The notes below the pieces were generated by a model, which ran no database searches, was not told where the DNA came from, and saw only the letters and a list, made by a program, of their open reading frames with translations. The translations under genes were made by a program, and so were the position numbers. From the NCBI RefSeq assembly GCF_964355755.1, contig NC_092670.1, forward strand, positions 6,872,201-6,936,200: a stretch of 64,000 nt of DNA, written 5' to 3'. This DNA is from Antedon mediterranea. Lineage: Eukaryota > Animalia > Echinodermata. Shown here piece after piece: positions 13,601 through 25,600 of this stretch. Numbering within the stretch: position 1 is the first letter of the stretch; the number at the start of each line of letters is the position of its first letter.

Positions 13601-16600
13601 AAGACAAAGAAGATAATCGAGGAAGACACAAAAGACAAGCTGAAATCATATTTGAATGAGATCGAGACAAGCAGAAATTTTATCAAATTATAACCATTGG
13701 ATAAAGACAAAGAAGATAATCGAGGAAGACCCAAGAAGAATCAAAACAGAAGCAAGCGGACAAGAACTGTTTCGTTTGGACACTTTCAACTTCACGCCGT
13801 TTTTTTTCGATCGTTTTTAACATTTACTTTTTTTTGAACATTGATGAACACCTTTCGCATTTTTTTTTTAATTCGTTGTTTGAAAATTTGAACATTGATG
13901 AGCACCTTTAACATTTCTTTAATTCGTTGTTTGAACATTTAGACATTTTTGAACACTTTTTGCATTCCTTTAATTCATTTTTAATTGGATCCGAAGCATT
14001 TGGGGTAAGTCAAAACCATTTTGATTTTTGATTTGTAACCTTGATTGAAAAAGTGAGAGTTTACATATATATACACTAAATTGTTTTTGATATTTTGATT
14101 AATTAATATTATAAAGTATGGTCGACGTTGTTGATAACGAAGTAATTTTAAATGAGCCCGTCAATCCTCACCCCGTGCCCCACCTAAGACAAACCGATTT
14201 CCTTCCCAAAAGATATGACGGTTCCATAACCGATCACGACCAATGTAGTGCACATTACTTATCGTTTACCGACTACCTTGAGGCCCACACTTTAGAAAAC
14301 CCTGTAAACAATGCCCAATTAATTAATGTAATAAGTATTTTTAAACGTAGCCTTCAGGGCCAAGCTAGACTCTGGATTGAGGGAAAGCAGTTCGATTCAC
14401 TGGAATCCTTAAAAACCCAATTCATCAACAGGTTTAGTAAAAACAAATCAATCTATGCGCACATAAGAGAATACGATTCAATTACATACACCACTGGCGA
14501 CAACGCCGAAAAGCACTTAACCAAAATCAAACAAGCCGCAGACAGAATTGGATACGCTGACCAGCAGATAAAGAATAAATTTATTTCGACCCTTCCACCA
14601 AAATGTAGAGCAGCTGTAGCCATGTCCACCCCAATCGATGCCACTATTGAAAATATCGTAAATAGCACACAAAATTACCTTGACCTTTCCGTAGATGATG
14701 CCACACGGGAAGTTTCATTCAATATCAATAAGGAAACAGATAGGCCTAATAGTCTCGAATCGCTCCAACATGAGATAAATTCTCTCAAGTTAGACATGGC
14801 CACAACAAAACGATCCCTTAATGATGATGCTAATAATAACAATTTATATGAAATACTTACAAACGAATACGCTGAATATTTATATAAATATAATAATAAA
14901 AATCAAATATTCATTGTTGGAGACTTCAATGGTAGAACAGGAGATTTATTGGATTATGTCAACAACGATGTATGCCCAATAGATTGGGATAACGAATTAT
15001 ATATTGAAGATGATGAAGATAATGTAAAAATTAGAATTAATGAAGATAACGTCACGAATAATTATGGCATAGATCTTCTCAATTTTTGTAAAGAAACGAA
15101 TTTAAGAATTGCTAATGGTAGAATTAACCCAATGTATAGTAAAAGCTACACTTTCATAGGACAACAAGGCAAAAGCGTAGTCGATTATATATTGACAAAA
15201 GCTGATAACTTCAGGTACATAGAAGATTTGAAAGTAGAAAATAGAATAGAATCTGATCATATGCCAATTACGTTTCAATTAGGCCTACTAACTAAAGATA
15301 ATATAAAAATAAAAAAATTAGATATTGAAAATTGTCCTAATCCTAAACAAACTAAATTCAATTGGTCAGAAACATTATCAATAAAAGATTACAATTTTGG
15401 GCAGAAGATAATAACATTCTACATCAGGAACAAGCCGGTTTTAGAAAGGGGTTCAGAACATCGGATAATGTATTTATTCTTAACACAATCATTAATAAAT
15501 ACCTAGGAAAAAAACGTGGGAAAGTATATGTTGCTTTCATTGATTTTAAACGAGCCTTTGACTCCGTAGGACATCAATATCTTCACATAAAACTAAAAAA
15601 TTCATGAGTAAAAGGAAAAATGTTAAACGTTATTAATTCAATGTACAATAAGTTATCAGCACATGTTAAGGTCGACGGCAATATTAGTAATTCTTTCAAA
15701 TGTCTAATAGGTATACAACAGGGTTCGCCACTCTCGTCCTTTTTATTTAATGTTTTTATTAATGATTTGAGTGAAACATTAAATGAGGGAGGCGACGAGC
15801 ATAGAATCCAAATAGGAAATCTAAAAATTAATCATTTACTCTATGCAGATGACCTTATGTTATTTGGTGATACCGTTTATGGTCTACAATATTATTTAAA
15901 CAAGTTATCTACCTATTGTACAAGATGGGAAGTAACTGTCAATGTTAACAAGAGTAATATTATGGTGTTTAAGAATGGTGGTAATCTTAACAAATTTGAA
16001 AAATGGAATTACAATGGAAATACAGTTGACATTGTCAAATCCTTTAAATATTTAGGAGTTGTTTTCAACTCAAATGGTAATTGGAATAAAGCCAAAGAAT
16101 ACAATTGTCAACAAGCTAATAAGGCTTTGTTCACATTAAAAGGATTGACCCATAGACGTTTTGGTAACCTCCAAGTTAATATATGGAACCATATATTTGA
16201 TGTTAAGATTATGCCAATCTTACTTTATGGTAGCGAAATATGGGGTTTAAATGATATAACAGTATTAGAGAAAGTTCATCTAAGATTCTGTAAATACATT
16301 CTAGGAATAGGTAATTCTGCACCAAGTGTTGCAGTGAGAGGAGAATGTGGAAGATTCACTATCCAAATTCAAATTATCATTAATATAATTCGTTATTGGC
16401 TTAGAGTAATCCAAATGGATAATGACAAATTTATTAAACAATGTTATGATTTTCAATATAGAAAAGCTCAAAGAAATGAGCAATGTTGGGCCAATGACGT
16501 AAAACAAATACTATGAATAAATGGATTTGGTAACATATGGTACTCACAACAGGTTAATAATATATATACTTTTATTTCAAATTTTAAACAAAGGCTTACA

Positions 16601-19600
16601 GATATTGAACGACAGAAATTCTACGAAGATACTAGGATACACTCTAAACTCCAATATTACAAGCACGTTAAATATAAGTTTGGAATTGAAGAATATCTAA
16701 CGAAAGTAACAAATTACAAACATAGACAAATTATGACTAAGATACGACTAGGAATTTTAGAATTAGAAATTGAAAAAGGAAGATGGAATTGTATAAATAG
16801 AAATGAAAGATTATGCAAATTATGTGCTTTACAATCAATTGAAGATGAATATCATTTCACTTTAGTTTGTCCATTTTATTCAGATATTAGAACTAAATAT
16901 ATGTTTTCCTTTTATACAAACAACCCAACTAAATTAAAATATATTTATCTTATGTCTGCCACAAATACTGATCTTATTGTTAAACTTGGAAAATATTTTA
17001 TTTTTTTCATTTAAACGTAGAACAGAATTTTTAAACGCAAAGGCCATATATAATAAATGTTTCTTGGATCTCCAAGAAAGAATGAGAATGAGAATGAGAT
17101 GATACTCGACGCTCACGTTCCCCCACCCGAAATTATATCCCAAGACGAAACCGAAGCCCAAGCCCATACAAACCCCGATTCCAGACCCCACCGACCCCAA
17201 GATATAGACAACCTCCCCCAACCTGTTATTACTGCGGGAAACCAGGCCATTAAGCAAGGCACTGCCGACAACAAAACCGCTCTTACGGAAACTATCCCCC
17301 GCCATACCCATACCAACAGTCAAACAATTACTACCCTAGCCACCAGCAGGATTTTTAAAAAGGGGACTAGATGCCGCCTATAATCTGGCCCCCCATACTA
17401 AATACGACAATTTTAAGGCAAAATACTTAGTGAATTCAGATAATATTGATTTGTTACTTAACGACAGAAATTACGTTAAAGGAAATTTACCAGATGGTAG
17501 AAATGTTTTAACTTTATTTGACAGTGGTTCAACTAGAACTATAATCTCACAATCGTACGTTTATTCCTCACTTTATTTATCGCGTTTAAAGCCAGTTAAA
17601 GTGAACACAACTAAATTTAGATTAGGTAACGGTGACTTCTTATATGCCAACCACTTAGTGCAATTCGAATTATTTATCCAAGGACACAAATTTAAAATTT
17701 CAGCATTAATCGTTAAAAATTTGACAGGTATTGACCTGATACTTGGAACCGAAACATTGTCTGAACTCGACGGTACTTTAAATTTTAAGGAAAACCCCTT
17801 TCGCATTAGACCAAAGATTTTTAGCTTTCGTCCTGTACACAAGATTTTTCTTAAACCCGGTGATACTAAAACAGTTAAATTAAAAGGAAGGGTTCCCGCA
17901 TTCGTACGCAATTCTGATGTTGTTCTACATGCAACCACCCATATTTCAAAACTTTGTCCATCAGATATGTTAGTAAAATTACATAGAGGAGAAACCAACA
18001 TTGATATCACTAACAACACAAACAGAAACGTATCTCTAAATACACATCAACCTATCGCGAGCCTTCACTTAACCAACCTTGTAACAGTTACTAATGACCT
18101 ACCAATAGATAGAATAAAGTTGACCAATGACAACGCAAACAAGTACCCACATTTAGAACGTACAGACCCATTGCTATCTTTAACCGAGGAAGAAATAATT
18201 AGAAAACAAGTTGATTTAACAGACAGCGTTTTAACACATAGAGAAAAAGAAGATTTGTATAAAACCTTACAACAAAACAGAAACGCATTTTCACTTTATG
18301 GTGAACTATCTAGCTGCCCAAACTTCAATACATTTTTTATTCGACCATTTTCGACTTCGCGACAGACAAAGACAAACATGTTATTGAGGCCGAATTGAAC
18401 AAATTAGTCAAACTAGGAATCTTAGCAGTAGGACACCAATCGTATACTTCCCCTGTCCTTCTTGTTTCAAAGAAAAATTCAAAAGATAAAAGAGTTGTCA
18501 CAGACTTTCGCTATCTAAATTCCAGGATAAAACGTATTAATCACCCATTCCCATTATTAGCCGAAACTTTGAAAACAATAGGTAACGCTAATGCACAGAT
18601 TCTTAGCGTAATTGATTTGAAATCAGCGTTCCACTGTGTACCATTAGCCGAACATGCCCAACAATATACAGGTATAGCTTCATATCATGGTGGAAAGCAT
18701 TATTATTATAAGAGATTAGCACAAGGATTAAACGTTTCGCCAGGTATATTTCAAGCAAAGATTGACGAAATTTTAAATGAAATCCCAAATTCTAGAGAAT
18801 TCTGTATCGCCCATCATGATGATATTATTTTATTTAGCCAAGACAAATTTGCTCATAAGCAGCACCTTGTTTCCGTTTTACAAGCCCTACAATTAAATGG
18901 TTTTAGAATTTGTCCAAAGAAATGTAAGTTATTCAAGAATAAAGTGCAATATATGGGACACACCATCCTGATTAATTCTTCAGGACACGCATGTATCACA
19001 CCATTAGGCGACAGGTGTGCAGCTATCCGAATTTTGCCAGCCCCACGAACCCATAAAGAAACTAAACGATTTATTGGTGCAGTAAATTATGTATCCCATT
19101 TTTTCCCTCAAATACAATCAATTTTACGTCCGTTACACACACTCGCAAGCAAACGCCGAAAATTTGTTTGGTCTACTGAACACCAGAAAGCATTTGACGA
19201 AATTAAACAATTAATGGTTAAACCACCAACTCTTCAAATGCCTAGAAAAGAAGGTAGATTTACGCTATATAGCGACACTTCAAGAACCGCAACAGGTTCA
19301 TATTTAACACAAACAGTAAACGATAAAGAACACATAATAGGTTATTATTCCAAAATCTTACCACAAGCCTGTCAACGATATAGCGTCACAGAATTAGAGT
19401 TATTTGGACTTTACATTAACGTTTCAGCATTTCGACACTTACTAAAGGGTTGCGAATTTGATGCATTCGTAGACCACTCAGCAATTGTACAAATTTGGAA
19501 TTCAAAAGATCAGCCATGTACACCCCGTTTACAGAAACTAATATTACGATTGTCCGGATACATTTTCCAAATTGGTTATAAGAAAGGAACTGAATTAGTT

Positions 19601-22600
19601 TTAGCAGATTTTCTCTCCCGAGCCCCTCGTGATGACGATTCCGAAATTGATCAAGTTGTACCCATTGCATTTAATATTACAGAGACTGAATCTCTTAACC
19701 CGATTACAAACACATCTACTAGCAGACCAGTAACAAGGTCATACGCCAAGAAAATGGGAATAAATATACCTGACTTACAAAACCCAAACAAACGCCTGTC
19801 ATTAATCAAAACCCAGTGACAACAAACACGCGACCTACACCTCAACCTACCGCTACACCACAAATAATCACGAGACAACAAACAAACGCACATCGATCAC
19901 CGCCTATCATAACGCCACCTATCGTAACACCACCCCCAATACGTAATGTAAACATTCGACAACCTCCAGAGGAACGACTAGTAGACAAAAACAAGCAAAG
20001 CAAAGATACTACACATCGAAACGTACCAGTTGAATTGTATACATCGCCCAAACCACTAGTACCCAACATAACTGAATTTAAGTCAGCACACATCCCAAAA
20101 CAACAAGACTTAGATAGATTAATGGATGTTATTCAAAGAAAGATAATTAGAGATTATAACCTCCCAGTAGATGTTAAACAATTACGTGTTGAACAAGAAA
20201 CTTCACCATTTTTTAAGCCAGTTTACGATTATTTAGCTCATGATATCCTTCCAGCTGATACGAAAGCAGGTCGTGCAGTTCAGAATAAGTCAGAGCAGTA
20301 CATATTGTGCAACGGTTTACTATTCCGTTTATTTTTCCAAGATAAAGGTGGAGAATTTGTATTGCAATTAGCTGTTCCTGAAAACTTAGCAGAGACTGTT
20401 ATTTCTCAGTATCACGACAATTTGTTAAGTAGCCACCAAGGTACGATGCGTACTTACCTTACTATTAGGAAATTATTTTACATGCCCCTTATGTTCGAGA
20501 AAGTCAACAATTATACCCAAGCGTGTCTTAGATGTCAACAATTTCGTCCCAAAACCGATAAATTACGTCCTTTACACGATCAAGTACCAGCAACTTACCG
20601 TCCCTTTCATACACTCAGTCTAGATTTTAAGAGTATGCCAACTTCACCTTCAGGTTTTAAACATATTATGGTAGTATGTGATGAGATAATTAGATTTTTG
20701 ATTTGTGTACCTTTGAAATCCATTGATGCCGAAACAATTTGTGAAGCACTAATTCAAAAGGTCATCAGTATTTTTGGACCCCCATCTCGTCTTATTTCAG
20801 ATGCAGCAACCTCCCTTACAGGAAAATTATTAACACTATTATGTAACACCCTTAACATTGATAGGAAAATCATCAGCGTCCACAATCACGGTAGTTTACA
20901 AGTTGAACGTCATATCCGCACCGTATCGGACCTGTTAAAGGTCAACCTTAACCAATTCGGAACAGATTGGGTTAGATTTGTATCAACAACATGTTATGCT
21001 TATAACTCGTTTACATCCCCACATCTAGGAAACCACTCCCCTTACGAATTAGTTTTTGGCCGCCAACCTCCAAGTTTGACCTCATTAGCATTTAACCCTA
21101 TTTCAGGATTGTCTCATTCCTATGAAGAATACTTTGAACATCTCAAGAAGAAATTTCAAAACATTTCACAGACAATGCTACAATTACAGCGAACACAACA
21201 AAACGTCCAAAACTCAAAGATTTCCCAACGCTTAGAAAAAAGTCCAATTTACTCAGTAGGACAACTCGTATATTTATACAAGCCAACATCATCATCACTA
21301 ACGGCAAATTCAAAGAAAATCGCCGCAGAATGGGTCGGACCATTAGTAATTCATGAAGTACTAGACAGAACACACTACATCCTAGCGACGATTAAAGGAG
21401 AAATACTTCGCGACGTATTCAATTATAACAGACTGAAACCCTGTTTTACGAGAACACCCAAAGAACGCAAAAATTTTACACATCTCCAAAAACTTTAACA
21501 ATTGTTGAATGAACCCACCGATGATAATAACGATAAAATCCAAAACACCATTAATGTAGTAAATGACGAAATCAATGTTGAATTTGTAGACGAACATGAT
21601 AGGACACCAGCCCAATTGCAATCAGATACCCTTACACATCCAACTAAGATAGAACCCCTTAACTTGCAACCTTACATTGACTGTGTAGAGAATAACATGG
21701 GATTAGCAGCCCCATTCCAAATGAAAGAAGAACAAATCAAGGAACAAACTAATCTAATTATGACAGCACCTAATGATTCAAATATGACATTAAACCGAGG
21801 TAGATTTAAAGCAGGACATTTCCAAGTTTTAGTTTCGTATTCTAAACCGACTTCAGCCAAACGCAACACCGATAAAACAAAACACGAATCTAATGATCGC
21901 AAATTTTGGTGGGATATTGACAGATATAACGATACAGATAAATTAATTAAAGAGATCATTAATGATAAACAGATACCGATAAGTGGATCGCCAAAACGAT
22001 TCATAAAACGTTTGTATAATGCAACGAATTACTGATTTAATTTTTTTTGCAAGATTATTTTTAAATTACGACATTTGCTAAATTAATGATAGCATAGTCT
22101 ACGTATTTGATGAGATTTGTTAAATAATAATGTGATTTCAGTTAAAAGAGAATTGAATTTATGTTTAAGTATTGATTTTGTAACGAGTTTGATAAAGATT
22201 AATTTTGAATTTTGATGATCGATATATTGAGATATTGAAAAGAACGACAAGCATTTTGTAACAAATATTTTGAGTCGTTAATCTCAAGCATTAATTAATT
22301 GATATACAATAACAGGAGATTTTCTTAGTACTTTTAATTGTAATTTTGTTGACATTGAGTACAAAAGTCGAATTTGTCGACCGATTGAAATCGTAATTAC
22401 ATGTGAATATAAATGCTTAAATCGATAAAGTTGTGACGATAATGATATATTGTGGATAAGTTTGTGTCAACGGGACACACACATTTGTTTCTTTTAAAGT
22501 TTTAAGTGATTAAGTTTGACATTTTGATTTTAGGCTTATCAGCCACAGTTTCTTGAGTTTTATGTTTTGATTTGATGATTTATGTTTGAAGGCCATTAGA

Positions 22601-25600
22601 ACGCGATGAGTTGTCGCACAATTTGATTGATGTATGTTCAATGTAACATACTATTTTTAAGTTTTGTATTTTATTTTTAACTGATTTATGTTTGATTTAC
22701 GCGAATTTTATACCAAATTCATTTTTAATTTCATTTTTTTTTAAGAGAGAGAAGAGAGAGAGTGAAAGTGATAAGGTTACACTTCAGAGTCAATGGTTTT
22801 GGCTAACTCAATTTTTGCTTATATGTATAATAATGTTTTTTTCTTTTATATAACTTTAATTTTGCATGCCACTATTATAACCATTTTTATATTTTAAATA
22901 GATTAGAAAAAAAAAAAAGGGAAACAGAGGGATGTAATATAACGATATACTGTTATATTTAAGAAATCGACCTCTGTATCGGAATTTAAATAGGTTCACA
23001 AACTTGACCCAGAAAGTCCAGAGGAGAGTTTGTCCAGATGTTTTAATGACCATTTAGTTTATAATAGAATCCCTAAAGAAAACACTTAGCTTAATTTTGT
23101 GACTTTTCCCATCGTTAAACCAGGAGTGACTGACACTATTTAAGTACAGATTTGACAGTGTCATCCATCACAGAAATACCTTATTATACCGTTAATCACT
23201 CCCACTTAAACACCCCTGGATAAACTTAGGACCAATCGTTACCCTCTAATATTACGTAGTGACATTATGCAAATGAACTGAGCCAATATACCCCCAAGTT
23301 TCAGAAGGGCCCAGACACACCTCACAGCCACTTCTTCAGAAGCAGACCTACACACTTCACACCTCACTGACAGCATCATTGATTGTCCGTTCCTTATCTA
23401 TACTTATAGTTGTATATTGTACTGAAGTATTATACTGAATAAACAATATATGTGTTACGACAGTCAAGCGAGTCAGAGTCTTCATTAGTACCTCAACAAC
23501 CCAAACATTATATTACAATATTTAGGTTTTTTTTGTGAAACCAAATCAGGATCTTTACTCTGCTCTTCCACTAACCTGGACCGATTGAGAACTGTCGGAC
23601 CGAAATCACACACTTTTGGGAGCTGTTGTTCAGCCTGGGCAGTGTGTGACTCGGGACCTGAGCAGACAGCCTCTTGGGAAACGCGATCCGTAATGTCTCC
23701 GTAAAAACTATCACATAAGTCAATACTCTCATCCTCATCTATGGTTTTATTTGCCATAGATCGCGTTTAACGGACATGATGGAAACACATGTGATAATTA
23801 TTTCTCTAAACACACCGTGCTTTCGTCTTCAACAGGACTCTTGCACACAACCGGTTCTACTGTCACTCTGTCTCCGGCCAAATCATTCCCCAAAAGGAGT
23901 GTGACACCCCATACTGGAAGACTCGGAATGACACCGACAACAAAATCAAACAAAACTATATAATAGTTGATATACTTCCACAATCCAACTTGCATCAGCG
24001 TTTGTGCAAATTGATATTTTAGGATATTTAGGTTTTTTTTGTGAAATATTCTATTGTTAATTTCCTGGTGAATTTTTTTCATTTTCTGGTTTGTATGTTT
24101 TGTATGTATAATGAATATACTATTCGAAATAAAGGAAATGAATGGATGAATTGTGTTCAACTTTCTGACTATTATGGTCAACATGATCCAACCATTACAG
24201 GCTCCTCAGTGTGAAAACTAATCGATATGCCAAATCCTTTATTCCCTCCGGTATCATCCAGTACAACAGAAAGTCAAGAAGATAATTTTATCTTGTATTT
24301 TTTTTTTATGTTTTTATATGAAAGGTTTTATGCTATATTTGTTTTTATTGTGTTTTCTTGTTATTATGACGAGCAATGAATTTCCTTTTTGAGGATCAAT
24401 AAAAGTTATCTTATCTTATCTTATCTTATCTTATCTTATAGTCAAACAACACTCCTAGATAGGCCCTACTTATTATTAACAATCTCTACTTCCTTTCCTT
24501 TAACGTATCCCGGAATCACAGTCAGCATTTTTTTCGAAAATCAATCCGCATTTCTTTTTATGTAATCGGTAAATCGAATAATTATAATAATAGAGAGGAA
24601 TTGTTGTGAATAATAATTCCAACCATAGCTGAGTCGTCCGGAAGTGTTATCATTGGACAACTCGAAGATATCGACCTAATATCTGACGTGTCCTGAGTAA
24701 ACAAAAAAGGTGCCAGTACGGTACCTTGTAAGTTATGTGAATTAATGTAAATACAGATTATCTGTGATGTGTGTGCCTAACCAGAGTATTAAGTGTATCG
24801 TAACTGTTTAATCTTTCTCATGTAAATTTTTAGAAAAGTTTATTAAATAATGATTTCCTAATTTGTGATTATAACATTTTATTTATCTCAGGGGTGTATG
24901 GTTTAGCTATTGATGGAATTGGAAATAAACTTTATTGGACAAGTACTTCAGAAGACAGAATTGAAGTAATAAATTTGGATGGAACGGACAGAACAGTTCT
25001 TTTTGACATGAAATTGGCTGAGCCACGTGCAATTAAAATAGACACAGTAAACGAGTATGTAATGGAATTAAATAATAAAAACTGGTTCGTTTTGTATCTT
25101 GTTTAACTCAATTTGGAGATAAACTGTTTCAATAAAAATTCCACTACGTTCTGAATGTCATAACATACCATTGTTGTAGATGCATCAACACGGCGCATTT
25201 ACTATTGAAGAATGTTAATGTGTTTCTCTGAATGTCATTAGTGATAAAACATTGGCATCTTTCAGTATAAAATAAAATAAAACAACAACAATAGTAATAA
25301 GTAAGTAACAAATAGTATAGATCAACTTAAATCTTCATAAAGTAATTAGTAATTTAATTTGTTAATTATAAAAAAGATACTTGTATTGGACTGATCTTGG
25401 ACCTGGAAATGAGATGATAGAGCGTGCGAAGCTAAATGACTTGAATGCCACTAGAACCGCCTTGGTGACGACAGGACTTATATATCCAAACGGACTTGTT
25501 TTATCAGTTCCAGGTAAGTTAGGAGAAACTATACATAATTATTGCATTGAGTCCAAGTGAAAAAATTAATTTGAAATGTTTTTTCAAGGAAAATTAATTT

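Larger units (their letters stand above)
12811..23517 (+). mobile_element. Full-length Ty3/Gypsy LTR retrotransposon (inactivated)
   Basis: 585 bp LTRs with TGTAATATAA..TTATATTACA ends, ATAT target duplication (12807-10 and 23518-21), PBS-like TGGTGG at 13396, polypurine tract ending 22932; gag-PR-RT-RH-IN order. Confidence 0.97.

Noticed and set aside
17057-17383. 108 aa ORF as a separate gene
   Set aside because: Off-frame reading of the LINE tail and gag 3' end; the gag frame holds the zinc knuckle.
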